From positions 1-32,863 of the forward strand of contig JBEBGD010000063.1 in the NCBI GenBank assembly GCA_040081625.1: DNA of 32,863 nt, read 5' to 3'. The stretch is from Chthoniobacteraceae bacterium (GTDB taxonomy: Bacteria > Verrucomicrobiota > Verrucomicrobiia > Chthoniobacterales > Chthoniobacteraceae). A program made the translations under genes and the position numbers. This document shows positions 9,691-18,635 of this stretch, one piece after another. The notes below the pieces were generated by a model, which was given only the letters and a program-made list of their open reading frames with translations, did not search any database and was not told the DNA's origin. Numbering within the stretch: the stretch's first letter is position 1; every line of letters begins with the position of its first letter.

Positions 9691-10829
9691 GGGTGCGCGG
9701 CGATCTCGAGAAACCGCCTGCCGACTTCCACCAAGCGCGCCTCCGCAGCCGCACGGGCCGCCTGCTCCGCCGCGAGGCCCGGACCGGCGGGCCAATCAGC
9801 CCAGGCGTCGGCCAGAAGCTCCGCGAGCGCCTCGGCGGACTCCGCCGAAAAATAGCGCGCACCCGGCGGCGCCTGTTCGCGATGCACAGGAATGTCGGAA
9901 AGCAGGACAGGTCGCCCAAGGGCGCGCGCGTCCTCGACCACGGTGCTCCAGCCCTCAAACAAGCTCGGCTGAATCACCGCCACGCAACGGCGCAGCATCT
10001 CAATCTGCGATCGTCGTGGCAGCAAACCAAGCAGGCGCACGTGATCTGCAATGCCGTTCTCGTGGAGCGCGGAGCGGACCTGGTCGGGGTAACTCGAATC
10101 GCGCGCTTCATCGAGTGCGCCGGTGCAGAGCACGACCGGCCGGATTCCACGCGCGGCGAGCAGCGCGAGCGCGCGGAAGACGGTGAGATGATTCTTGTGC
10201 AGCCAGAATTGATTGCAGACCGCGAAGAAACGCTCCGGCAACTCCGGCGCATCGAACGGTTCATACCACTCGGGACGCGGACAGGTCGCAAAGCGCAGCA
10301 CTTTCACGCGCCCGCGGTAGCCGGGATAAAATGCGCGCAGGTCTTCCGCGGCGCTGCCACTGCTCATCACGACCGCGGGCGCCTCCGCGAGCAGCGCGGA
10401 GATGCCTCGGTCGCGATGCGCAGCCTGAGCCGGTGTGAAGAAACGCGGCAGATGGCGGTGCTGAAAATCGGGAATCCATCCCGCCCATCGCGTGTCGCCA
10501 AGCGTGCGACGAAGCGGGAACGTGAGGCCGATGTTCTCGCGATTCCCATAAGTGAGCGGGTAGAGAAACTCGACCGGATGTCTGCGAAGCGCGGCGGCGA
10601 ATTGCCGGTTATTCAAGCCGAGCCGATCCACGAGCGGCGCGTGCCACATCGGACGGACCGGAGCGAGCGACGCACCCGCGTCTCGCCAATGATCCTGATC
10701 GTCACCAAAGCAAAACAGCGTCGGCTGCGACGCGTCTGCTGCGGCGAGCGCGCGCAGCAAGTTTCGGATGTATTCGCTCCCACCCATCCATCCCGCGCCG
10801 CCCTGCGCGATGAGGCCGATCTTCCTCAC
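9687..10829 (-). CDS. Glycosyltransferase family 4 (WbaZ/MtfB-like)
   Basis: WMGGSEY, WIPDFQH, NQFWLHKNH, PSLFEGWSTVVEDA, SDIPVHREQ. GTG start at 10829 (GTGA overlap). Confidence 0.88.
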   Translation of the reverse strand: MRKIGLIAQGGAGWMGGSEYIRNLLRALAAADASQPTLFCFGDDQDHWRDAGASLAPVRPMWHAPLVDRLGLNNRQFAAALRRHPVEFLYPLTYGNRENIGLTFPLRRTLGDTRWAGWIPDFQHRHLPRFFTPAQAAHRDRGISALLAEAPAVVMSSGSAAEDLRAFYPGYRGRVKVLRFATCPRPEWYEPFDAPELPERFFAVCNQFWLHKNHLTVFRALALLAARGIRPVVLCTGALDEARDSSYPDQVRSALHENGIADHVRLLGLLPRRSQIEMLRRCVAVIQPSLFEGWSTVVEDARALGRPVLLSDIPVHREQAPPGARYFSAESAEALAELLADAWADWPAGPGLAAEQAARAAAEARLVEVGRRFLEIAAHP

Positions 10830-11746
10830 GGCGTGCCGAGCTCCGCGCGCGCCCACGCCGCCACTCCGCGCACGCCGTCTTCGAGCGACACCTGCGGTGC
10901 GAAGCCGAGGTCGCCGATCGCGCCGATGTCCGCGCGCCAATTCACCGGCTGGCCCGGCGTTTGTTCGCCATCGAATACAGGCTCCGCCTGCGAACCGAGC
11001 GCGCTCGCGGCGAGGCGCGCGAGTTCCGCAATCGTCGTCTCGCGACCCGACGCCAGGTTAACGGCCTCGCCACAACCGGGTGCCTTCTCCGCGAGAATCG
11101 CGATCGCATGGGCGACATCATTCGCATGGATGAAGTCGCGGCTCTCCGCGCCCGTGCCGCGCAGCTCGATCTTTCCATTCGTGAGCAACCGTTCGCAGAT
11201 GTCCCACACGACCTGACGGCGCAGCCCCGGACCATACGCGGAGAAAATCCGTGCGACCGTGGTCGGAAGCGAAAAGACGCTCGCGAACTCTTCGCACAAC
11301 AACTCCGCCTGACGCTTGTGCCAGCCATACGGCGACAGCGGAGCCATGGCCTCGCTCTCGCACACTGGCAGCGACACCGGATCGCCATACACCGCGGCGC
11401 TTGAGAGGAGGATGAACCGGCACTGCGGTGCGCTGCGACGGAGCGCGTCGAGCATCTCGAAGGTGAGCACGACGCTGTCGTGAAAGTCGCCGGCCGGATC
11501 CCTCATCGAGAGCGGCACCGATGCGCGCCCGGCGCAGTGGATAAATACGCCGGGCTTTTCGTCGCGCAGCACCTGCACGAGGCCGAGCGACGGCAGCTTC
11601 ATGCGCACAAATCGCGAGAGTGGCGGCGCATTCTCCGGCGGCACGTCGTCGAGCCCGACCACGCGCGACCCGTCGCGCGCGAATTGCCGCGCGATGTGGC
11701 GGCCGAGGAATCCGGCGGCGCCGGTGATGAGAACGGTGCGGCTCAT
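10826..11746 (-). CDS. NAD-dependent epimerase/dehydratase (extended SDR)
   Basis: ITGAAGFLG Rossmann motif, SSAAVYG, YGWHK (YxxxK), RDFIH. ATG 11746. Confidence 0.92.
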   Translation of the reverse strand: MSRTVLITGAAGFLGRHIARQFARDGSRVVGLDDVPPENAPPLSRFVRMKLPSLGLVQVLRDEKPGVFIHCAGRASVPLSMRDPAGDFHDSVVLTFEMLDALRRSAPQCRFILLSSAAVYGDPVSLPVCESEAMAPLSPYGWHKRQAELLCEEFASVFSLPTTVARIFSAYGPGLRRQVVWDICERLLTNGKIELRGTGAESRDFIHANDVAHAIAILAEKAPGCGEAVNLASGRETTIAELARLAASALGSQAEPVFDGEQTPGQPVNWRADIGAIGDLGFAPQVSLEDGVRGVAAWARAELGTP

Positions 11747-12537
11747 TTGGCGAGGAGGAAGGAGTAGAGCCGCCCCGGGGTCCGGTTGCGACGTGAATTT
11801 GCGCGCAGCGCGGCGCGCTGAAAAAGCCATCCGAGCCCGCACCAGTGCCTCCATTTCGCATGTCTCACCCATCGCTGCCGCTCGACCTCGGAGCCCGGCG
11901 CAAAGTTCAGGATCGACTCGATCGGCCCCCAAACCTCGCGGATCGTGAAGCCCGCCGCGCGCGCCGCGCCGAGATACGCATCGAGCGAATGCGCATTCTC
12001 GCCGCCGTAGTGCCGGTGCAGCGGATGTTGCGCGCGAAAAGCGGCCAGCTCGCGCGCGTCGCGGACGACGTGTTCGCGAATCGCGAGCACCACGCCTTCG
12101 GGACGCAGGACGCGGTGCAGCTCACGCATCGTCTGCGCGAGGTCGGGCACGTGATGGAGAACCTGCCGCGCAAAGACCGCCTCGAAAGTCGCATCGGCAA
12201 ACGGCAGGCGTTCTCCCGCGTCCTCCGTCACAGCGATGCCGAGTTTGCGAATCGCGCCGGCACCGACCTCGTCGCTCGGGTCAGGTTCGAGTGCAGTCAC
12301 CTGCCAACCGGCGCGCGCGAGCGCGAAGCTCGCGACGCCGTTGCCCGCACCGAGATCGAGAATGTGTCCGCTCGCGCCGAGCAATCGCCACACTTCAGCG
12401 AACTCCTCGCTCGTCGCGTAGCGTTCCGCAGCTTGTCGCACCGGCAGGTCGAAGTAGTTCGCACGCACCGCCTCCTCGTTGCCGGGCTGTCCGCGAAACC
12501 AGCGGACCGCTTCCTCCCACGAAAGCCTAGCGCTCAT
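11743..12537 (-). CDS. Class I SAM-dependent methyltransferase (Methyltransf_11-like)
   Basis: ILDLGAGNG, LPFADATF, VLHH, RVLRPEG. Confidence 0.88.
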   Translation of the reverse strand: MSARLSWEEAVRWFRGQPGNEEAVRANYFDLPVRQAAERYATSEEFAEVWRLLGASGHILDLGAGNGVASFALARAGWQVTALEPDPSDEVGAGAIRKLGIAVTEDAGERLPFADATFEAVFARQVLHHVPDLAQTMRELHRVLRPEGVVLAIREHVVRDARELAAFRAQHPLHRHYGGENAHSLDAYLGAARAAGFTIREVWGPIESILNFAPGSEVERQRWVRHAKWRHWCGLGWLFQRAALRANSRRNRTPGRLYSFLLAK

Positions 12538-13081
12538 CGTCACCGAGAGTCCGCAGCACGCGCGCGGGGTTGCCTGCCACGATCGTCCACGGCGGCACGT
12601 CGCGCGTGACGACGCTGCCCGCGCCGACGACCGCGCCTTCGCCGATCGTCACGCCTTTCAAGATGATCGCCCGCGCACCGAGCCACGCGCCGCGTCCGAT
12701 CGTCACCGGTGCGCTCGCGGTCGTGCTCCAGTCGTGCTGGCCACCGTTGCGCCAGTCGGCGAGGTCGCGCTTGCGGATGCTCGCGCGGACGCTGTGGTTG
12801 TCGCTGTCGCTGATGAGGCACTGGTAGGAAATCAGTGCGTCGGCTTCGACGCGGATGGTCGTCACGCAATCGATGATTGTGTCGGCGCCGATGAAGACGT
12901 TGTCGCCAATCTCGATGCGACTCTCCGGCGTCTCGGTGGCGAGTTGCCCCGCGATGAGCGAGTCGCGACCGACGACGATTCGCCCGCCCGGCTGGCGGAT
13001 TTCCGCGCTGCCGGTGAACTCCGTGCCTTCGCCGCACTCCGCCGGGCACGGCCTGAACTTGCGCCGAATCCACGCGATCAC
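12527..13081 (-). CDS. Left-handed beta-helix (hexapeptide-repeat) O-acyltransferase, MAT/GAT-like
   Basis: IEIGDNVFIG, DSDNH, VTIGRGAWLG, GVTIGEGAVVGAGSVVTRDVPPWTIVAGNPAR. GTG 13081 overlaps the upstream TGA; ATG 13102 is an alternative start. Confidence 0.9.
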   Translation of the reverse strand: MIAWIRRKFRPCPAECGEGTEFTGSAEIRQPGGRIVVGRDSLIAGQLATETPESRIEIGDNVFIGADTIIDCVTTIRVEADALISYQCLISDSDNHSVRASIRKRDLADWRNGGQHDWSTTASAPVTIGRGAWLGARAIILKGVTIGEGAVVGAGSVVTRDVPPWTIVAGNPARVLRTLGDDER

Positions 13082-14583
13082 GACTTGCAACACACGAACC
13101 ATTTCCCGACCGAGATCGCGTCGTTCCAGCGCGAATCGAGAACGTGAACAACGGGAAACGCCGCGCGGAACTTCGCCTCCCACCACGCGACCGACATGTT
13201 GTGAAAACTCTGGATCGTCTTCATCCAGCCCTCGTCGCGGCCCGATCGCGACACGGGGACCATGTGCGCGGAGAAAACTCGAGTGAGCCGCGCGGCCTCA
13301 CCAGCACAGGCGCTGATGCCTTCCTCGGTAAAGTGCTCGAGCGAGCCGATCGAATACGAGTAGTCGAACGCGCCGTCGGGATACGGCATCTTCGTCGCGT
13401 CACACTCGACGAGCCGGTCCTGCGCGATGCCGCGCTCGACGGCCTTCTTCAAAAGGAAGTCGGAGATGTCGCAGCCGTGCAGCTCGATCGGCGCGAACTT
13501 CGCGAGCAATTCCATCGTCTTGCCAGTGCCGCACGCGATGTCGAGCACGCGGCCCTTCGCGCCGACGAGCAGGTATTGGATTTCGTCCCACGTATTCCCC
13601 TCGCCCCACGTCTCCAGCGCCGCGGCCATGGCAGGATCCCAGTAGATGCCGGTGTCGGGCGTCTTGTCGTCCAGCAGGCGGCCGGGCTTGCCGGGCGCGA
13701 TCACGTCGCGGGCTTTTTTCAGCAGGGTGGAAAGCATGTCTGTCGGCGACCAGCGTGCCGTCGTCGCGCGACGCTGGCGAAGGAATTCTTTGATCCGGTC
13801 GAATGCGGCGTCGTCTTCCGCCGGTTCAGGCCAGCGCAGTGACGCCGGCAGTCGCCACGGCGGCGCGGCTCCCCACGGATCCTGCGTGTCGCCGTGTGTG
13901 CCGCTGCCATCGAAGCCGATGTTCCGCACGAGCGACGAGCGGGGGTGAAGCGCGAGACCACCCGATGCGAAGAGCGCCCACTGCCACAGCACGCCCCACG
14001 AGTCGTTCCCTCCGCGAAGTCGCTCCTCGAGCAGGCGCGCGTAGTCGTAACTGTCGTCGAGGTTGAAGCGGCTGCGCGTCGCCGGATCGCGCAGCGCGAC
14101 AGACGGCTCCCACGCGAAACGCTCCCACGCCCGCGCCCACGTCGCCCAGCCCCACGTCGTCGTGAGCGGGAGAAAGAATGCGTCGGTCGTGTGCTCGACG
14201 GGAAACATGTAGCCGGAGACTTGCAGCACGTCGGTGCAGTCGGCGTAGCGATCGAGCGCATCGAGCATGAAGCGCAGGAAGTCAGGTGCGACGACGAGAT
14301 CGTCTTCGAGCACGATCACGCGGCCGTGCGAGGCGCAAAGCGTGGATACTTCGCCGACGATCGAGCGCGCGAGGCCGTGGTTCTTCTCGCGCTCGACGAC
14401 TCGCGCGCTGTGCCGCGCGGCCCACGCCCGCGCAACCTGCCGCGTGGCTTCCACGTCATCGCCGCCGTCGCAGAAGATGATCACCTCGCACTCGTCGAGC
14501 CGATGGCACTTCGCGAGTGCGGCGAGCGTCTGTTCGAGATGTCGCGGGCGGCGGTAGGCGAAGACTGCGACCGGAGTTTTCAT
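13078..14583 (-). CDS. Fusion: GT-A glycosyltransferase (N-terminal ~280 aa) + class I SAM methyltransferase (C-terminal ~220 aa)
   Basis: N-terminal PVAVFAYRRP, FCDG, VLEDD, TWGWATW, NIGFDGSGTH. C-terminal VLDIACGTG, GCDIS, CDATKMPY, GSLEHF. One open frame of 501 aa. Confidence 0.85.
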   Translation of the reverse strand: MKTPVAVFAYRRPRHLEQTLAALAKCHRLDECEVIIFCDGGDDVEATRQVARAWAARHSARVVEREKNHGLARSIVGEVSTLCASHGRVIVLEDDLVVAPDFLRFMLDALDRYADCTDVLQVSGYMFPVEHTTDAFFLPLTTTWGWATWARAWERFAWEPSVALRDPATRSRFNLDDSYDYARLLEERLRGGNDSWGVLWQWALFASGGLALHPRSSLVRNIGFDGSGTHGDTQDPWGAAPPWRLPASLRWPEPAEDDAAFDRIKEFLRQRRATTARWSPTDMLSTLLKKARDVIAPGKPGRLLDDKTPDTGIYWDPAMAAALETWGEGNTWDEIQYLLVGAKGRVLDIACGTGKTMELLAKFAPIELHGCDISDFLLKKAVERGIAQDRLVECDATKMPYPDGAFDYSYSIGSLEHFTEEGISACAGEAARLTRVFSAHMVPVSRSGRDEGWMKTIQSFHNMSVAWWEAKFRAAFPVVHVLDSRWNDAISVGKWFVCCKS

Positions 14584-15983
14584 CTCGGCGCCAGAATTTC
14601 CGCGAGCGCGTCATCGGCGCGTCTGTCGCTGGTTTCGATATACGGCTGCACTTCCATCCGTGGAGTGTCGGCGGTGACCCACGCCAGCAATTCGTCAGCG
14701 CTCTTGCCGTAAGCGAATCGCCCGCCAGCGATGTCGTCGGCGTAGAGCGTGCGACCGCTCGGATGGACGATCATCGTCGGAACGCCGAGAGCGTCGGCCT
14801 CGAACGCGACCGACGACCAGCACGTGACGTGACGATGCGCGAGGCGCAGCAGCGAATAGAGCGGCGCGGTGCTCGCGTGCTCGAACTCGCAATTCCCGGC
14901 AAGCGACGCCGCGAGGCTCGGGATTTCCGCGCGCCGCTGCGGATGCACTCGGAAAAGCCAGAGCCAATCGCCCGGACCGCGCTGCACAGCTTCGCGCACC
15001 ACGGGAGGAATCGGCGGATCGAGCGGCTGCAACGTGACGAGGATCACACGCGTGGCGGAGCGGAATCTCGCCGGCAACGGCGGAGACGCAAACGCATCGC
15101 CATCGCGCCACATCGCGAGCCAGCGATTTCCCCCGACCAACGGACGATGCCGCTTCAATGCGTGCGGTTGCGACGCCGCGATGTGGCGGCGCGAAGCTTC
15201 GCCCCAAAGCCAGAAGAAATCCGGCAGCAGTTCGTATCCGGCTTCGGGCAATCGCGTCCAGTGCGTGTAGGCGCCGTGATACACGCCCTGCTTCCCGTGC
15301 TGGATGTCCACGGTCGGGATCCCGCGCTCACGACACGCGGCGATGAGCGGGAGGACGCGGCGATCGTAGTAGCAGACGACGAAGACGACGCGCGGCTGCA
15401 CGCGGTCGAGCACGGCGAGGAAGCCGTCTCTGCGCTGGAGCAAGTCGGCGGCTTGCGCGCGGAGGTTCGCTTCGTCGAAAGCGAGCGACTCACCGAGTTC
15501 CGCCAGCGCGCGGCGCAGGGACTCGCTTCCGGTGACGACGGGCTCAACCTCGGCGGCGAGATGCTCGACTCGGACGAACTCCGTCGGTTCGACACGCGGC
15601 AACGTGCGCGATGTCACTGACTCCTGCCCTTCGAGTTTTACGCACGACATCTTCGCTCGGCAGAAGGCGAACATCGGATCGGTGTGGCGGTTGTAATGCG
15701 CGCCATCAAACCGGTCTCCATAGTCCTCGTGCCGCGAGAGGAAAAGCGCTTCGGCGCCCGGCAGCGCGCGAAGTCGCCCACGCTCGCGCCAGCGATGAAT
15801 GAACCCGAACCGCGGGCGCGCCGCGACGCGCGACGCACGGCGCTCCGCGGGCGGGCGCAGGAGCTGCGCCCAAAAGTCGAGCCGGACGATCGGCCAAAGG
15901 TGCAGGCCGCCGGCGCGAAGTTCGTTCACCTCGGCCGCGCGCTCGATCTCGACGAGCACTTCGATGGCGCGGTGGTGGTCCAC
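14580..15983 (-). CDS. GT-B-like capsule/surface-glycan protein, candidate CMP-ulosonate (sialyl-type) transferase
   Basis: Motifs LWPIVR, DIQHG, FWLWG, RVHP and SSVAFEA. HP and SS/T motifs are typical of bacterial GT-B sialyl/Kdo-transferase-like families. Lies directly after the neuA/neuB-like genes. GTG start 15983. Function is inferred. Confidence 0.6.
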   Translation of the reverse strand: MDHHRAIEVLVEIERAAEVNELRAGGLHLWPIVRLDFWAQLLRPPAERRASRVAARPRFGFIHRWRERGRLRALPGAEALFLSRHEDYGDRFDGAHYNRHTDPMFAFCRAKMSCVKLEGQESVTSRTLPRVEPTEFVRVEHLAAEVEPVVTGSESLRRALAELGESLAFDEANLRAQAADLLQRRDGFLAVLDRVQPRVVFVVCYYDRRVLPLIAACRERGIPTVDIQHGKQGVYHGAYTHWTRLPEAGYELLPDFFWLWGEASRRHIAASQPHALKRHRPLVGGNRWLAMWRDGDAFASPPLPARFRSATRVILVTLQPLDPPIPPVVREAVQRGPGDWLWLFRVHPQRRAEIPSLAASLAGNCEFEHASTAPLYSLLRLAHRHVTCWSSVAFEADALGVPTMIVHPSGRTLYADDIAGGRFAYGKSADELLAWVTADTPRMEVQPYIETSDRRADDALAEILAPR

Positions 15984-15985
15984 GG

Positions 15986-17023
15986 TCAGTCCGCGAGGTC
16001 GGCTTCGCGGATCGGCTCGAATGCGGTAATCGCGCGTCGCGTGATGCGGCCTTGCATCGCGGCGAAGTGATCCGGCGAGACACCCTTCGTTTTGTCGAGG
16101 CGGAGGAATTTTACGTCCTCGCGCTGGAGCTTCGCGCCGGCGGGAAGGTCGCGAGCGGCGACGATGCTGCGCTTTTGAAACTGGCGATAACGCAGGTCGC
16201 TCTCGGTGAGGCGCGGCAACCCGCCGTCGCCGAGCGCGGCTATGCCGGCGCGCATTGTCTTCACAAACTCGATCCACTCAGCGGGCTCGAGCGCGGCCTG
16301 GTGATCGGTGCCCTTTTCCGCGCGATCGATCGTGATGTGCTTCTCGATGATGCACGCACCCAAGCCAAGAGCGACGAGATCGATGACGCGCGCGATCGGC
16401 AGCGCGGCGGCGGTGTGATCCTGGTAGCCGACGGGCAAGCCGAAGACGCGGCGCAGCACGCCGATGCGCGCGATGTTCGCGTCGGCGATCTCTGTCGGGA
16501 AGTTTTGCACGCCGTGCATGAGCACGAGCTTCGTCGCGCCGGCTTCGCGCAGAGTCGCGAGGGCGGATTGGATTTCGTCGATGGTCGAAGCGCCGGTGCC
16601 GACGGTAATCGGCAGGCCGGTGCGCGCGGCGGCGGCGAGGAGTTCCGGGTTAGAGAGGTCGGCGGAGCTGAGCTTGAATCCATCGACACCAAGCTCCGCG
16701 GCGAAGCGCAGGCTCGGCAGATCGTAGGTGAAGACGAAGACCGCGAGACCGCTGGCCCGCGCGTGGGCGACGATGTCGCGCCACGTGTTGTGCGAAAACT
16801 CCAGCTTGCCGAGAAGGCCGAAAAGTTCGTGCTGCGGCGGCATCTGCTCGGCGCGGGAGAAGATCTGGAGCTGGATTCCGTCCGCTCCGGCATGCGCCGC
16901 GGCGTCGATCATCGTCTTCGCGCGGGCGGCGTCGCCTTCGTGCGAGCACGACATTTCCACGAGGATGAAAGGCGGCGCGCCGTCGCCGACGACGCGGCTT
17001 CCGACCGCAAATTGCGCGCTCAT
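15986..17023 (-). CDS. Divergent NeuB/SpsE-family protein with C-terminal SAF (antifreeze-like) domain
   Basis: Overall NeuB layout (E..SHEGD, FKLSSAD, DHT, IIEKHITIDR, TDH, RSIVAARDLPAG), but several canonical motifs are substituted (see findings). Confidence 0.88.
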   Translation of the reverse strand: MSAQFAVGSRVVGDGAPPFILVEMSCSHEGDAARAKTMIDAAAHAGADGIQLQIFSRAEQMPPQHELFGLLGKLEFSHNTWRDIVAHARASGLAVFVFTYDLPSLRFAAELGVDGFKLSSADLSNPELLAAAARTGLPITVGTGASTIDEIQSALATLREAGATKLVLMHGVQNFPTEIADANIARIGVLRRVFGLPVGYQDHTAAALPIARVIDLVALGLGACIIEKHITIDRAEKGTDHQAALEPAEWIEFVKTMRAGIAALGDGGLPRLTESDLRYRQFQKRSIVAARDLPAGAKLQREDVKFLRLDKTKGVSPDHFAAMQGRITRRAITAFEPIREADLAD

Positions 17024-17949
17024 TTTCTCCAGCCGCGCGCGGCGACGAAGGCCTCGAGTTGCGCGCGCTGCGCGTCGGTGATCTCGCCGAAGGGCGGACG
17101 CTCGCCGCGCGTGAGATGGCCGAAGATGTGAATCGTTTCCTTCAGCGCGCGGTGCCAGCCGAGCGAGACAGCGAGTTGGAAATACTCCTCCTCATGTTCG
17201 CGCACGAGCTTCTCCGCCTCGTCGTAGCGGCGGTTCATGATCGCGTCGTAGAATGCGAGTTCGATCTTCGGCACGAAGTTGCCGATGCCCATGAGGTAGG
17301 CACGCGCGCCGGCGTGGTGGTCGCGCAGGAAGCGTTTCATGCTGCCCCAGCCAATGAGCGCGGCCTTGTGACTGACACGGCGGATGATGCGGTAGCTGTA
17401 TTCCGCGTTGCAGCATTCCTCCTTCATCCCGATGACGCCGGGCAGGTCGGTGAGGCGGTCGAGCAAGTCGAGCGAGTAGGTGTATGGCCCGCCGGCGAGG
17501 CCGTTGCGGATATCCATCTCGTGAATCATCACGCCGATGCCGCTCTCCTCGCTCACGGTCTTGAAGAACTCGAAGATCGGCTCTTCGCCATAGAAGCGCT
17601 CGGGGAAGAACGCGATATACGCGCCCGCGCCGATCTTCGCGGCGTGCTGCGCGAAGCGGATATTGTCGCGCGTCGAGCCGTCGGGCGGGCCGGAGGCGAT
17701 CGTCATCGCGCGGCCATTCACAGCGCGCACGACGGTCTCGTTCACGGCGAGCATTTCGTCGGTCGTGAGCAAATTGAAGCGGCTCGTGCCGACGGTCGTG
17801 AGCATGACGGGCGCGCCCTGGCCGACCATCCAATCGACGTAGCGCGCGAGCGAATCGTGATCGACGGCGTAACGGTCGTCCGCCTTGAACGGCGTCGGGA
17901 TCGGAGTGACGGGACCGCGGATCGCGGCTTTGGCTTCGGCGTAGGTCAT
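17020..17949 (-). CDS. DapA/NanA-family class I aldolase (atypical motifs)
   Basis: PIPTPF, VDHDSL, GTSRFNLLT, IGMKEE (Schiff-base Lys), RPPF; 309 aa. Confidence 0.85.
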   Translation of the reverse strand: MTYAEAKAAIRGPVTPIPTPFKADDRYAVDHDSLARYVDWMVGQGAPVMLTTVGTSRFNLLTTDEMLAVNETVVRAVNGRAMTIASGPPDGSTRDNIRFAQHAAKIGAGAYIAFFPERFYGEEPIFEFFKTVSEESGIGVMIHEMDIRNGLAGGPYTYSLDLLDRLTDLPGVIGMKEECCNAEYSYRIIRRVSHKAALIGWGSMKRFLRDHHAGARAYLMGIGNFVPKIELAFYDAIMNRRYDEAEKLVREHEEEYFQLAVSLGWHRALKETIHIFGHLTRGERPPFGEITDAQRAQLEAFVAARGWRK

Positions 17950-18635
17950 GGTTTGGAAAGACGGGCGCGCATCATGGCTTCGGCGATCTCGAATTGGTAG
18001 GGGTAATCGATGTCGAACGAACGCTCGGGCGGCATCGCGTAGCCGACAAGCGGCGGCTCGAAGTAAGTGCCGAGCGAGAGATAGCGTTCGACGCGGCCGC
18101 AGTAGATCGAGCCGTTCGGATGGTGCAGCGTGCCGAGCGACTGGCTGCGCGTCGTTGTCTTGTAGGTCTCGGGTTCGCGCATCGTGAGCGCGCTCGTCGC
18201 GGCGTCGCAGGTCAGTGCGAGTTGCGGCGGGAAGTCGTAGGCCGTGACGCCGACGATGAACGCGTCGGGATGCGCGAAGCTCAGCGCCATCGCCGCGCGC
18301 ACGTCGTCCGCGGTTCGGAAGGGACAGGTCGGGAGCAAGCCGGCGAAGTGCGTGAAGCGCGACTCGCGGCTCAGAAACTCGGCGAGCACGTCCACGAACT
18401 TCGTCATGTCGTCGCTCAAGCTTTCCGGGCGCCGGTCGGCGCGGACGCCGCAGCGCTCGGCGAGCGCGAGGATCTCCGCGTCATCGGATGAGACGACGAT
18501 CTCGTCGAAGCAACCGGAGTCGCGCGCGTTGTCGATGGCGTAGGCGAGCAGCGGCTTCCCGCCGAGCGGGAGGAGGTTTTTGCGCGGGATGCGCTTCGAG
18601 CCGCCGCGAGCGGGGATGAGGCAGACGGCGGACAT
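17946..18635 (-). CDS. neuA: Acylneuraminate (CMP-nonulosonate) cytidylyltransferase, NeuA/PseF/LegF family
   Basis: IPARGGSKRIPRKNL, VSSDD, PTCPFR, NGSIY, DIDYP. ATG 18635 overlaps the upstream TAA. Confidence 0.92.
   Translation of the reverse strand: MSAVCLIPARGGSKRIPRKNLLPLGGKPLLAYAIDNARDSGCFDEIVVSSDDAEILALAERCGVRADRRPESLSDDMTKFVDVLAEFLSRESRFTHFAGLLPTCPFRTADDVRAAMALSFAHPDAFIVGVTAYDFPPQLALTCDAATSALTMREPETYKTTTRSQSLGTLHHPNGSIYCGRVERYLSLGTYFEPPLVGYAMPPERSFDIDYPYQFEIAEAMMRARLSKP

Noticed and set aside
17020..17949. Calling this gene dapA (lysine synthesis) or nanA
   Set aside because: The GTTGE/GSTGE motif and the catalytic Tyr are not conserved, and the context is glycan biosynthesis.
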